This document shows, in pieces, positions 38,114 to 47,855 of a DNA stretch of 64,000 nt. The first letter of the stretch is position 1. The number at the start of each line of letters is the position of its first letter. The DNA lies in the IMG/VR virus record IMGVR_UViG_3300026097_001223, positions 32,001 to 96,000 of that record; one strand, 5' to 3'. The notes beneath the pieces are model-generated. The model made no database searches. It saw only the letters and a list, made by a program, of their open reading frames with translations, and was not told the DNA's origin. A program made the position numbers and the translations under genes. This DNA comes from a virus.

Positions 38114-38674
38114 ATGAGCAAAGAAAAACTTATTTGGGTGATTGGCAATGAATACCATGATCCAGATTATGCTATTAATCCAGAAACACATTGGAAACAT
38201 TGGTTGCCCAATCAGTACAGAGTGCTTGACTTAACACAAGAAAACATTAATAATATAGACATTCTGGAAAAGTTAAAAAACGATCAAGCTAGAGAATGGG
38301 GAATGCCTCATGCTATCTATATCTCCTTTGTGCCAATGGATCCAAAAGACTGTTTTCAGTTTTTTCCAGATGATGATTGGGACACGTATAAAGCCCCATT
38401 TAATAATCGCGTAGACTGGGCAAACATGAGCTTGAAAGAAATTGCTGTGGTAGAAAGTGTACTCAAAGTTGCTAGATCTCTTGCACCTACGGCATATACC
38501 ATAAACATGTTAGCTAATAACATACAAATTCCGCATAACCACATGTTAGCAAGAAATCTACACATTTTAAAATCACACACAATGAAGATTGATCTCTTGG
38601 AAAAACAACCACATGAAATCACAGAGTACGATTACAAACTATTTGCAAAAACACTACTAGAAGAAATAAATTAA
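38114..38674 (+). CDS. Hypothetical protein (accessory)
   Basis: AT-rich ORF between uvsW and the next conserved-looking gene. Confidence 0.55.
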   Translation: MSKEKLIWVIGNEYHDPDYAINPETHWKHWLPNQYRVLDLTQENINNIDILEKLKNDQAREWGMPHAIYISFVPMDPKDCFQFFPDDDWDTYKAPFNNRVDWANMSLKEIAVVESVLKVARSLAPTAYTINMLANNIQIPHNHMLARNLHILKSHTMKIDLLEKQPHEITEYDYKLFAKTLLEEIN

Positions 38675-39174
38675 TGAAAATATTAACAGTTGAAGATACA
38701 GTATACGAATTAGATGTTTTGCCTGAACAGGTGGACGATGTACAATTTGCGGTATTGGATAACAGCGATCCTACTGCGGTAGATTATTTCTTTCTGCCGC
38801 TGATCTATCTAGAAGGATTTACCAGTCCTGCTCTGGTACTAAAAATTGGAGAACACACTGTTAAAATGCCCATGGATTGGAAAATTCTAATTGCCGAACC
38901 TGATTGCGGCGAAATGGAAGTAATTCCGTTAACCAGTTTAAATGATCGTGGATTTAAAACGTTTGTGTACAATCCAAGAAGTAGTTATAGACCGGAGTAC
39001 GCAGATGTAGAAATCATCGACGTGTACAATGACGTAAGTTGGTATGCACCCAAGTTAAAAAATGGACAGATACTTGCAGTTCCACTCAGCAGTGACAACT
39101 CACCAGAGTGTGTATATTTTGTAAAAGACATCAGCCGTCATTGTGAAATAGTGGATATTAACCAAGCCTGTTAA
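38674..39174 (+). CDS. Hypothetical all-beta protein
   Basis: 166 aa; beta-strand pattern loosely HINT-like. Confidence 0.6.
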   Translation: MKILTVEDTVYELDVLPEQVDDVQFAVLDNSDPTAVDYFFLPLIYLEGFTSPALVLKIGEHTVKMPMDWKILIAEPDCGEMEVIPLTSLNDRGFKTFVYNPRSSYRPEYADVEIIDVYNDVSWYAPKLKNGQILAVPLSSDNSPECVYFVKDISRHCEIVDINQAC

Positions 39175-39612
39175 ATGGATAAACTTCATATATCAAACGA
39201 AATGCGTGAATTCGATCTCAAGAATCGAAACTTCTATGACGAGCTCACAGACGAAGAACGCAAAAAATTTGGCCTGTACCTTATGATTCGTTGGGGTAGC
39301 AGTGTCGAAGGCAGTCGGGACTTGCAGGAGTTTTATGTAATTGCAACCAATGAAAGATTAAACAAACACTATTTTGATATCAAAGGTCATCCTAAACTGC
39401 ATTGGTTGTTGTGCACAACTATAAGCCCAGGGCTAGGTGCACATCGTCACAAGTGGATTGGCTACAAAAAGAAAACAGGCAACGACAGTAAAAATCGCAA
39501 GCTGTTGGAACGAGTGTACCCAAATGCCAAGAGTGATGAAATTGACACATTGCTGAAAATCATGGACAAAAAAGATTACAAAAAACTGTTACAAGAACAC
39601 GGGGAAGAATAA
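39175..39612 (+). CDS. Putative clamp-loader small subunit (T4 gp62-like)
   Basis: YLMIRW.S...NE.LN...HPKL...KWI..KK pattern; replication-gene context. Confidence 0.5.
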   Translation: MDKLHISNEMREFDLKNRNFYDELTDEERKKFGLYLMIRWGSSVEGSRDLQEFYVIATNERLNKHYFDIKGHPKLHWLLCTTISPGLGAHRHKWIGYKKKTGNDSKNRKLLERVYPNAKSDEIDTLLKIMDKKDYKKLLQEHGEE

Positions 39613-39615
39613 CCA

Positions 39616-40287
39616 ATGTTCAAGTGTGAGTATTGCAGCAGAGAGTTTGCTCGTGAAAGCACAGTGAATGCGCATGTGTGTGAACAAAAGAAAAGACATG
39701 ATCAGCAGAATGAACGCGGAGTCCAGTTGGGATATCATGGATTTTTAGAATTTTATCGCAAGTCGCAGGGTAGTGCACAAAATAAAACCTATGACAGTTT
39801 TGCAACCAGTCCGTATTATAGAGCATTTGTAAAATGGGGCTGGTATTGTGTCAACACCCGGGTGATTAATCCTGAAGGTTACCTACACTGGCTGCTGGAA
39901 CATAACAAAAAAATTGATGTATGGGCGAAGGATAAACAGTACAGCGAATATCTTGAAACCTATGTGTATCAGGAAAACGCAACAGTGGCACTTACACGAG
40001 CACTTGAATTGGCTGTTGACTGGCACGAAGACACAGGATATCCAGATAGAGATTATCTTCGGCATGCAAATCGCAACGGCTTGTGTTATAAAGTAGCCTC
40101 AGGCAGACTCAGCGCCTGGGTATTGTACAACTGTGCCAGCGGCATTGAGTTTTTGGAAGATCTCACAGTTGAACAGATTCAAATGGTTTGGCCTTATATT
40201 GATAGCGACCGTTGGCAACAAACCTTCGGCAAGTACTCTACTGATCAAGAGTATGTTAAACAGTTATTAAAGGAAGCAGGCTGGTGA
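39616..40287 (+). CDS. Zinc-finger hypothetical protein
   Basis: N-terminal CEYC-x12-H-x-C. Confidence 0.65.
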   Translation: MFKCEYCSREFARESTVNAHVCEQKKRHDQQNERGVQLGYHGFLEFYRKSQGSAQNKTYDSFATSPYYRAFVKWGWYCVNTRVINPEGYLHWLLEHNKKIDVWAKDKQYSEYLETYVYQENATVALTRALELAVDWHEDTGYPDRDYLRHANRNGLCYKVASGRLSAWVLYNCASGIEFLEDLTVEQIQMVWPYIDSDRWQQTFGKYSTDQEYVKQLLKEAGW

Positions 40288-41384
40288 CATTGAAAATAAA
40301 TTTTGACAATGGTGCACATGCCGATCATTTTTATCATCGATATGTAACCTGGTGCAAAGCTCAACGAGACGACTACGACAATCATGCTTGTCACCCAGTA
40401 ATAGAAAATCACCCTGACGGTTATCCTGTAATAAACTGGTGGGATGTTGATTCGATATCAGAATCTTCAAGTAAAGTAATTTTCATAGACAGTTTATTTG
40501 AAGGGTATAATATATTTGAACAAGCTCTTACAAAGCAAACTCTAGATAGATACCCTGCTGACAAGCACTATGTGTTTTTTAACTCTAGCAATTTTTCACA
40601 AACCGATTATCCAATGGCATACAGTTATGATGTTATACATGTACAATATATTCTGTATCAGCTGGAATTGATTGCCAACGATACAATAATTACTGGATAT
40701 TGTTATCACGATCAATCTGATTGGTTAACGCCTGATAAGAACATACTCTTTTATAGCATTATTGGACAAAAAAGACCAGATAGAGATGCATTTATTAAAA
40801 AAGTTGTCAGCACTTTCAAGAATGATCAATATATTTTGAAATACGACGGTGAATTATTAAATGATACGTTCAGCAACACATATCTAAGACAACCGTACGA
40901 AGCAACATTTGCTAAAGCTAGTTCTTTACCAGGACTTACAAGAATACCTTTGTTCAGAATAAGTTACGCTGTAGCAAAAAGATGTTTTTTTGGTTTGTTT
41001 GTAGATACTCTTCCGTTAGCACAGGACAATAAAGGATTTATATCTGGTCATGTGATACAGAGCTTTATGAACCAACAACCGTTTGTAGTGCTTGGTGCCC
41101 CAGGGTTGTTACGAGACATTCATGCTGCTGGCTTTCGCACATGGGGAGAACTGTGGGACGAAAGCTATGACAACGAGCCTGATTTTCATAAAAGACTAGA
41201 TAAGTGTATCACTGTTGCAAAAAGTCTGGAAACATTTGATTGGCAAAAAAACAACGATAAAATACGAGAAATTGCCATGCACAACTTTCATAATGCTATT
41301 GCATCAGGCAAACGAAGCATTGCAGAATTTAGTCGACTAGAAAAAACAGTTGAAAGTCTTTACAACCGTAATTTGGTAGTGTAG
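40284..41384 (+). CDS. GT-B-like putative glycosyltransferase, paralog of 16800-17783
   Basis: QQPFVVLGAPG.LRD....GFRTWGELWDESYD.EPD...RL; AT-rich; GTG start. Confidence 0.45.
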   Translation: MTLKINFDNGAHADHFYHRYVTWCKAQRDDYDNHACHPVIENHPDGYPVINWWDVDSISESSSKVIFIDSLFEGYNIFEQALTKQTLDRYPADKHYVFFNSSNFSQTDYPMAYSYDVIHVQYILYQLELIANDTIITGYCYHDQSDWLTPDKNILFYSIIGQKRPDRDAFIKKVVSTFKNDQYILKYDGELLNDTFSNTYLRQPYEATFAKASSLPGLTRIPLFRISYAVAKRCFFGLFVDTLPLAQDNKGFISGHVIQSFMNQQPFVVLGAPGLLRDIHAAGFRTWGELWDESYDNEPDFHKRLDKCITVAKSLETFDWQKNNDKIREIAMHNFHNAIASGKRSIAEFSRLEKTVESLYNRNLVV

Positions 41385-41387
41385 TAT
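41359..41387 (+). promoter_or_regulatory. Sigma70-like promoter, 6 nt before the mini-DnaE ATG
   Basis: TTTACA-N17-TAGTAT-N6-ATG. Confidence 0.55.
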
Positions 41388-41393
41388 ATACGT

Positions 41394-41981
41394 ATGTTTA
41401 ATGCAGATATTGACATTGATCTACCTGATAGACAAAAATTGTTGGATTTAATTTGGCATGTATCAGCCCGTCAAGAAAAAACCGATCAAGGAGTAAAGCA
41501 TCGCAGTGGTGTGTATGTTACTGATGTGCCTTATGATGCTTTTAACGACTGTGCTAGCATAGACTATCACGAAGCAGAAGATCGCGGTTACATAAAACTG
41601 GATCTGTTAAACATGAGTGTGTACGAAATGGTTCGCGATCCTGGGCACTATGCACAACTGGTCAGTCAAGAGCCAGACTGGGCACTGCTTGACAATTTAG
41701 AATTCACTCAGCAGGTTGTGCATATTGGTAATCACTGGAATACGCTACAACGCATGCCAGAGCCAGTGAATAGTATTCCTAGAATGGCTGCATTTATCAG
41801 TATAATAAGACCCGGTAAGGCACATTTGCAAGGCAAGAGCTGGGCCGAAGTGTTTGCTAGTGTGTGGGACGGAGATGAAAGTCGTGGTTACACTTTTAAG
41901 AAAAGTCATGCCATTGGCTACGCAAAATTAGTAGCATTGCATATTAATCTATTAAAGGAGAAGCTATGTACAAGTTCTTGA
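41394..41981 (+). CDS. Miniature DNA polymerase III alpha (DnaE)-like protein
   Basis: ADIDIDL, HRSGVYV, GYIKLDLLN and YTFKKSHAIGY correspond to the DnaE motifs PDFDVDF, HAGG, KFDFLG and FNKSHS. Confidence 0.75.
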   Translation: MFNADIDIDLPDRQKLLDLIWHVSARQEKTDQGVKHRSGVYVTDVPYDAFNDCASIDYHEAEDRGYIKLDLLNMSVYEMVRDPGHYAQLVSQEPDWALLDNLEFTQQVVHIGNHWNTLQRMPEPVNSIPRMAAFISIIRPGKAHLQGKSWAEVFASVWDGDESRGYTFKKSHAIGYAKLVALHINLLKEKLCTSS

Positions 41982-42097
41982 AAAAGTTATTCGGCATTGA
42001 GAAAGCACCAAATTCACAGCAAACATTGTCTAACACATTGGTGGCGCATATTGACAAAGCTGGACGCGGTCCAACTGCACCAAACAAGCTAAGTTAA
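41966..42097 (+). CDS. 43-aa small ORF missing from the ORF track
   Basis: AAGGAG SD then MYKFLKKLFGIEKAPNSQQTLSNTLVAHIDKAGRGPTAPNKLS*. Confidence 0.5.
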   Translation: MYKFLKKLFGIEKAPNSQQTLSNTLVAHIDKAGRGPTAPNKLS

Positions 42098-42466
42098 TTT
42101 TTTAACCAAGGTTATGCTTTTGCGTTTGGTGCGTTTTTTATGCAAGTCACTGAGTCTGCACACTGGACCGTGCAGTATTTCGAGATCTTTGTTTGCAACA
42201 GTTTTGACGTAGGGCCTGAAATACTCCCAATCTCGTTTTAGGAAAATGTTTATTGGAATCATCCGATTGCTTTCCCACCACCACTGCATGGCCAGCTCTA
42301 GATACAGCACACGGATTTCCTGATCGGGAATAGCACCGTAATCATAAAAAGTGGTATGTGTTGTATCGTGATTGCTGACAATACCCACGTATTCGTTTCC
42401 GGCGTATCTCAACACTGTTAGAAATGGATATTTTTGTCCGAGCTTGTCGTAATAAGTACTATTCAT
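42089..42466 (-). CDS. Hypothetical protein
   Basis: 125-aa minus-strand ORF filling a gap with no + strand gene; YPFL...Y.G.EYVGI, WWWESNR.IPINIFL. Confidence 0.75.
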   Translation of the reverse strand: MNSTYYDKLGQKYPFLTVLRYAGNEYVGIVSNHDTTHTTFYDYGAIPDQEIRVLYLELAMQWWWESNRMIPINIFLKRDWEYFRPYVKTVANKDLEILHGPVCRLSDLHKKRTKRKSITLVKKLT

Positions 42467-42471
42467 AAATA
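42466..42471 (+). promoter_or_regulatory. Late promoter core TAAATA
   Basis: Upstream of ATG 42491. Confidence 0.55.
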
Positions 42472-42490
42472 AATTGGAAGCGTATTAAAC

Positions 42491-43234
42491 ATGTATTCAA
42501 CACAGGCGTATTTATATCATCAACGCAGTCGGGTAATTATACTTGACACCACCATTGCGTCTGTAACAAGAAGGTATAGAAAGGTGTACTCAAAAAAACT
42601 ATCTCTAAGTCGTGGCACAGACAATGTAATTTTGTTTGAGTTTTTAAATCAAGATCAAAAACCAGTAAACATATCTGGAAGCACATTGACTTTTAGATTG
42701 ATTTCACAGGACGGCAGTCGTGTGCTACTAGCGCAAGACATGGTTACGCTAAATGCCGCACAAGGTCTGGCTAAAATTACTGTCAGTGAACAACAGTTGG
42801 ATCTCATTGATGCACAGGTTGCAAACTACAGTGTTGAAAGAACCAGTGGCATACTCAGTGAACCTACCTATGTCGACGATGATGCTAGTGCAAGAGGCTA
42901 TTGCAACATAGTAGACAGTGTATATCCAGATTTTGTTGCTAGCACCAGTATTACTATACCTGATCAAGCAGGCAACTCTCCTGCGTACACCAGCTCGTTT
43001 CAAACTGAAACAGATGTTCTCACACTCAGCATAACACCCAGTGATTTTACCGGCAACGTACAACCGCAAGGTGCAACCAACGACACAGACGACCTATGGT
43101 ATGACATCGGTAATGCCATAGCATTCAACAACAGCAATACCACTGTGGGCATAAACATAACTGGTTATCATCCTTATATACGGTTAGCAGTAAACACAGA
43201 CTCTGGTAACATTTCACAAATACTTTATCGATAG
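42491..43234 (+). CDS. Putative virion structural protein (BppU/Ig-like beta-sandwich)
   Basis: RGTDN.I.F..LNQDQKPVNISG.T..F; preceded by a late promoter. Confidence 0.5.
   Translation: MYSTQAYLYHQRSRVIILDTTIASVTRRYRKVYSKKLSLSRGTDNVILFEFLNQDQKPVNISGSTLTFRLISQDGSRVLLAQDMVTLNAAQGLAKITVSEQQLDLIDAQVANYSVERTSGILSEPTYVDDDASARGYCNIVDSVYPDFVASTSITIPDQAGNSPAYTSSFQTETDVLTLSITPSDFTGNVQPQGATNDTDDLWYDIGNAIAFNNSNTTVGINITGYHPYIRLAVNTDSGNISQILYR
42509..42516 (-). promoter_or_regulatory. Exact T4 late promoter TATAAATA on the minus strand
   Basis: TATTTATA on + lies 43 nt upstream of the minus-strand ATG at 42466. Confidence 0.5.
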
Positions 43235-43260
43235 ACAACTGTTATAAATTAATGTAACAT
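43232..43260 (+). promoter_or_regulatory. Sigma70-like promoter for the primase gene
   Basis: TAGACA-N17-TAACAT-N7-ATG(43268), no SD. Confidence 0.5.
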
Positions 43261-43267
43261 ATAGTTT

Positions 43268-44236
43268 ATGGATATAGTTCAATATCTCCCTGGCAAGCGA
43301 CGACAGACCACCAGTGGTTGGATCAGTTTCAACGCGGTGTGCTGTCAACACAATGGCGAAAATGTTGACAAACGCGGTCGCGGCGGTGTAAAAACTGATG
43401 GGGAAAATTGGACCTATCATTGTTTCAACTGTGGATTCAAAGCCAGTTTTGTACTAGGACGCAGTGTAAGCTACAGAGCTAGAAAACTGCTAGGTTGGCT
43501 GGGTGTAGACAGCAAAGATATTGAACTTCTGAGCTTGGAAAGCCTGCGCCACCGGAGCATCACTGACCTGGCACAACCACTTAGTGGACCACGATTGCCA
43601 GAGTTCGACGATCGTGCATTGCCCCAGTCAGCAGTGGCACTGGATCCAGAGTTGCATTTGGAACAGTATCAATACTTACAAGCAAGACACATTGACATTG
43701 ACAGCTATCCGTTTTTGGTAACTCCCAATGATCCTGGCAGAAGCAGTCATCGAGTGTTAATACCATTTACATTGAATCATCGCATAGTGGGCTATACCAG
43801 TAGATTTCTCGATGATAAAACTCCTAAGTATATCAGTGAACAACAAACTGGGTATGTGTTTGGGCTGGATCTACAAATGCCAGACTGGCAGTATATGATT
43901 GTCACAGAAGGTGTGTTTGATGCTATCAGCATCAGCGGTGTAGCAACACTGCACAACAAAATTGGCAAGGATCAGGCAGCATTGATCAAACAACAGCATC
44001 GTCGAGTTATTGTGGTCCCTGATCGCGACAGTGCTGGCTTAAACATGATAGACAGTGCTGTCGAACACGGCTTTGGTGTAAGCATTCCGCAATGGCCCGA
44101 AGGATGCAAAGACATAAACGATGCAGTGTGTGCACAAGGTGCTACAGCCACTATTTTGGGTATTGTAAAGAACGCAATGTACAATCGGATCAAAATTGAA
44201 ATGGCAAAAAAACACATGGCAAAGCAGATAGCATGA
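43268..44236 (+). CDS. gp61: DNA primase (DnaG/gp61-like)
   Basis: Zn motif C..C...YHCFNCG; TOPRIM VTEGVFDAI, PDRD.AG and KDIND. Confidence 0.9.
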   Translation: MDIVQYLPGKRRQTTSGWISFNAVCCQHNGENVDKRGRGGVKTDGENWTYHCFNCGFKASFVLGRSVSYRARKLLGWLGVDSKDIELLSLESLRHRSITDLAQPLSGPRLPEFDDRALPQSAVALDPELHLEQYQYLQARHIDIDSYPFLVTPNDPGRSSHRVLIPFTLNHRIVGYTSRFLDDKTPKYISEQQTGYVFGLDLQMPDWQYMIVTEGVFDAISISGVATLHNKIGKDQAALIKQQHRRVIVVPDRDSAGLNMIDSAVEHGFGVSIPQWPEGCKDINDAVCAQGATATILGIVKNAMYNRIKIEMAKKHMAKQIA

Positions 44237-45330
44237 ACTGTAACTATGCTGACCAAGGATTGTACATAGGCAGTACGCCCACGGGCAGAACACAGATTGC
44301 CATGTGCTGTTGGCAGCAAAAGCAAGTAATCCATGAACCTGTGAGCATGCAACATCCGCACTTGATAGAGATGAGAAACCTAGACATGCCATCGCAGTGT
44401 AGTCCTTATTGCAGTGAACCAGGGCATGTAGCAAATGAACGGGAACGGTGTCAACAAGATCCTTGGTGGAGCACTGGTGTTAAGATTAAAAAACTGCATC
44501 TTGAGCAGAGCTTGATATGTAATCTAGCCTGTATCAGTTGTAGTACACTGTACAGCAGTCGTTGGAACCAATGGTACAGAGAATTTGTTCCTGATGCAGA
44601 TCTCATCGAACTAAAACAACAACCAGAGTCTGTGTGGCAACATCTTGATCTAACTGAAGTTGAACATGTGCACTTCACCGGTGGCGAGCCATTGCTGAAT
44701 CCTGACAATATTAAGATTTTACAACATCTAGACAGCATTGGGCAACTTGAAAACACTGCTATCAGTTACTGTACCAATGGCACAGTGATGCCAGATTCCG
44801 CATTGCTTGAACTGTGGTCCAAGGCAAAATGGACAAGATTGTTTATCAGTCTCGACGGTGTTGGCAGCACGTTTGAATACACACGCTGGCCTGCTGATTG
44901 GCACACTGTGCGCACCAACATAGAAAAGTTTAGAAGTATCTCGGGCCCTTGTATACTGCTAGAAGTAGATGCAATTGTAGGAATACACAATCTTTGGAAC
45001 ATGGCAGAATTCTATCAGTGGTGGCTGGATCACTGTCAAACTGGTAATCAAGGTGACCCTAGTCAAGTGTTTGTGCGCAGTATTGAGCCCAGCAGTTATG
45101 GAGGGCGAGTGTTAAGTTTGAAAAATTTACCAACTGAGTTGGCAGACTCGGCTAGATCAACTATACTAAGCGTAGAATCTGTTCCAGGAGCACATAGTTT
45201 GTTACAAGATATAAGTACTACACCAAGTACAGAATGGATACAGTATCTAGATAAACTGGACGAACAACGTCAATGTGATTGGCGGACAAGTTTACAAGGC
45301 CCAATAACAACCGTAGGTAGCAACACTTGA
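44233..45330 (+). CDS. Radical SAM protein with an N-terminal Cys cluster
   Basis: CNLACISC, FTGGEP, TNGT and ISLDG; N-terminal C...MCC...CSPYC. Confidence 0.9.
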   Translation: MNCNYADQGLYIGSTPTGRTQIAMCCWQQKQVIHEPVSMQHPHLIEMRNLDMPSQCSPYCSEPGHVANERERCQQDPWWSTGVKIKKLHLEQSLICNLACISCSTLYSSRWNQWYREFVPDADLIELKQQPESVWQHLDLTEVEHVHFTGGEPLLNPDNIKILQHLDSIGQLENTAISYCTNGTVMPDSALLELWSKAKWTRLFISLDGVGSTFEYTRWPADWHTVRTNIEKFRSISGPCILLEVDAIVGIHNLWNMAEFYQWWLDHCQTGNQGDPSQVFVRSIEPSSYGGRVLSLKNLPTELADSARSTILSVESVPGAHSLLQDISTTPSTEWIQYLDKLDEQRQCDWRTSLQGPITTVGSNT

Positions 45331-46733
45331 ACCAAGACTACAGTACTGAAATACAAAAACTTTTTATTGACATTGTGTTACATGACGCACCCAGCTATGT
45401 GCGTGTCCAGAACATCTGGAATCCAGACAACTTTGACAAAAGTTTACAACCAGCGGCTGAGTTTATACAAGATCATGTAAACAATCATCAAACTATGCCA
45501 GAGCGTAATCAAATTGGAGCCGTGACCGGCTTACGTTTTCCAGAGATCACTGATCTCAACGAAGGGCACTTGGATTGGTTTTTGGGCGAGTTTGAAAAGT
45601 TTACCAAACGTCAAGAATTGGAACGTGCTATTCTCAAAAGTGCCGACTTGTTAGAGAAAGGCACATTTGACCCAGTGGAAAAATTGATCAAAGATGCTGT
45701 GCAAATCTCTCTCACCAAGGATCTTGGCTTAAACTATTTCGAAGATCCTAAAGGTCGCTTGGCAGCATTAAAAGACAACAACGGACAGAATTCAACAGGT
45801 TGGCCTGCACTGGACAAAATGTTATACGGTGGATTCAACCGAGGAGAACTACAGATCTTTGCAGGTGGATCAGGTTCAGGCAAGAGTTTGTTTATGCAGA
45901 ATCTAGCATGCAATTGGATAGAAGCAGGACTCAATGGTGTATACATTACACTGGAACTCAGTGAAGGGTTGACAGCCATGCGCATAGACAGTATGTTAAC
46001 CAATACTGCTAGTAAACAGCTATTCAAAGACATCGACACTGTGGAAATGAAAGTGAAGATGATGTCAAAGAAAAGTGGACATCTACAGATTAAGTATTTG
46101 CCCGCACAGAGCAACGTTAATGACATTCGGGCGTTTATCAAAGAACTCCAGGTAAAAACCGAAAAGCAGGTTGACTTTATGTGTGTAGACTACCTAGACC
46201 TGCTTATGCCAGTTAGTGCCAAAGTATCGCCGAACGATCAGTTTGTAAAAGACAAGTATGTTTCAGAAGAACTGCGTAATCTGGCAAAAGAATTAAACAT
46301 ACTGTTTGTAACAGCGTCGCAGTTGAACAGAGCCGCAGTAGAAGAAATTGAATTTGATCACAGCCATATCGCAGGCGGTATCTCTAAGATCAATACAGCA
46401 GACAACGTGTTTGGTATTTTCACAAGTCGTGCAATGCGAGAGCGTGGTAGATATCAGATACAGGCAATGAAAACACGTAGTTCCAGTGGTGTTGGTAATA
46501 AAGTGGATCTTGAGTTTGATATGGACAGTTTGCGTATCCGAGATCTTGGCGAAGATGCACAAGAATCCAGCAGTCCGTCGAGCAATATAATGAACAGTAT
46601 CAAAAGCAAAAGCTATGTTGATCATTCCAGTGATAACGACAACGAAGAATCAGCAGATACTGGTAAAGCGTCTGGCGAAGTCGAATCAACTAAACTTAGG
46701 AAGCTGCTTAACACTATTAAAGATTCAAGTTAA
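45327..46733 (+). CDS. gp41: Replicative helicase (DnaB/gp41-like)
   Basis: Walker A GGSGSGKS, VYITLE, CVDYLDL, TASQLNR and MKTR; TTG start in a TTGA overlap. Confidence 0.92.
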   Translation: MNQDYSTEIQKLFIDIVLHDAPSYVRVQNIWNPDNFDKSLQPAAEFIQDHVNNHQTMPERNQIGAVTGLRFPEITDLNEGHLDWFLGEFEKFTKRQELERAILKSADLLEKGTFDPVEKLIKDAVQISLTKDLGLNYFEDPKGRLAALKDNNGQNSTGWPALDKMLYGGFNRGELQIFAGGSGSGKSLFMQNLACNWIEAGLNGVYITLELSEGLTAMRIDSMLTNTASKQLFKDIDTVEMKVKMMSKKSGHLQIKYLPAQSNVNDIRAFIKELQVKTEKQVDFMCVDYLDLLMPVSAKVSPNDQFVKDKYVSEELRNLAKELNILFVTASQLNRAAVEEIEFDHSHIAGGISKINTADNVFGIFTSRAMRERGRYQIQAMKTRSSSGVGNKVDLEFDMDSLRIRDLGEDAQESSSPSSNIMNSIKSKSYVDHSSDNDNEESADTGKASGEVESTKLRKLLNTIKDSS

Positions 46734-46736
46734 TCA

Positions 46737-47855
46737 ATGACGGATTCGGTGCACTGTCCTATTATACACGGTGGGTTGCAACTGTATTTTAAAAATACAG
46801 ACAACGCCAGTGCACTGGCAAATCACTGTTGTTTACGTGGTGATCTTTTTCCTATCACTGCCGGCGATGCAGTTTGGAATGATTCTAGACTGTGCAATCT
46901 ACGAGCTATAAATCTTAAAGAACACTGGGACCAAGGCTGTGCAAATTGCCGCAATCTTGAACGCAGTGGACTAGAAAGCTTTCGCACTGGCATGCTTCGC
47001 AAATTCGGCAAGCGCACTGACCTACCGGGTCCTCAACGACTTGACCTAATGTTTGATACCAGTTGTAATCTTGCGTGTCAAACATGTGGACCTGATGCCA
47101 GTACCACTTGGCAAAAGTATCAACTGGAACACGGTGACAGAACACAGCCTGTTGATCCAATAAACCGCTATCAAGAAGTGTCAGACACTTTAAAAAACAT
47201 AGATCTTAGCTGTTTACAACAAGTGGTATTCTGCGGCGGCGAAACACTGTTAGGCGGTGCACACTGGCAGGTAGCCGAGCTGTTAACTGAACTAGCTGAC
47301 CCGTCGAGGATCACCCTGAGCTTTCAAACCAATGGCACACAACCAATATCAAGCCGGTATTATGAATTGTGTAACAAGTTTGATCTTGTGAAACTGCATT
47401 TCAGTTTAGACGCTGTGGAAGAACAGTTTGAATATCTAAGATGGCCGGCTAGCTGGACACAGGTAACTGATAACATGTCCGAAATTAGAGATACTGCACC
47501 TGCTAACGTAATGTTTCTTGTCGAGGAAACAGTGAGCATTTTTAACTACGTGAATTTGCCTAGATTAAAAACCTGGATAAAAAACAACTTCTCCACCAAT
47601 CGAGAAGGGGATGTCACCGACCACACAAGACATCTAGCCAATGGGTTGTACAGTTTAGAAAACATGAGCAATCAATATGTGACTGCCATGCGTGAAACTC
47701 AGTACGGCAGTTTAATTCCCGACAATCATTTTGAAAACATTGCAAAAATACATTCAATGATTGGTATGATCAATGTTCATGATCGTCGTAGAAAACACGA
47801 TTGGAAAACAGTGTTTCCTGAAGTGGTTGAGCATTACAGCGATTATTTAAAATAG
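46737..47855 (+). CDS. Radical SAM protein with an N-terminal Cys cluster
   Basis: CNLACQTC, FCGGET, TNGT and FSLD; N-terminal CP...HCC...CANC. Confidence 0.9.
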   Translation: MTDSVHCPIIHGGLQLYFKNTDNASALANHCCLRGDLFPITAGDAVWNDSRLCNLRAINLKEHWDQGCANCRNLERSGLESFRTGMLRKFGKRTDLPGPQRLDLMFDTSCNLACQTCGPDASTTWQKYQLEHGDRTQPVDPINRYQEVSDTLKNIDLSCLQQVVFCGGETLLGGAHWQVAELLTELADPSRITLSFQTNGTQPISSRYYELCNKFDLVKLHFSLDAVEEQFEYLRWPASWTQVTDNMSEIRDTAPANVMFLVEETVSIFNYVNLPRLKTWIKNNFSTNREGDVTDHTRHLANGLYSLENMSNQYVTAMRETQYGSLIPDNHFENIAKIHSMIGMINVHDRRRKHDWKTVFPEVVEHYSDYLK

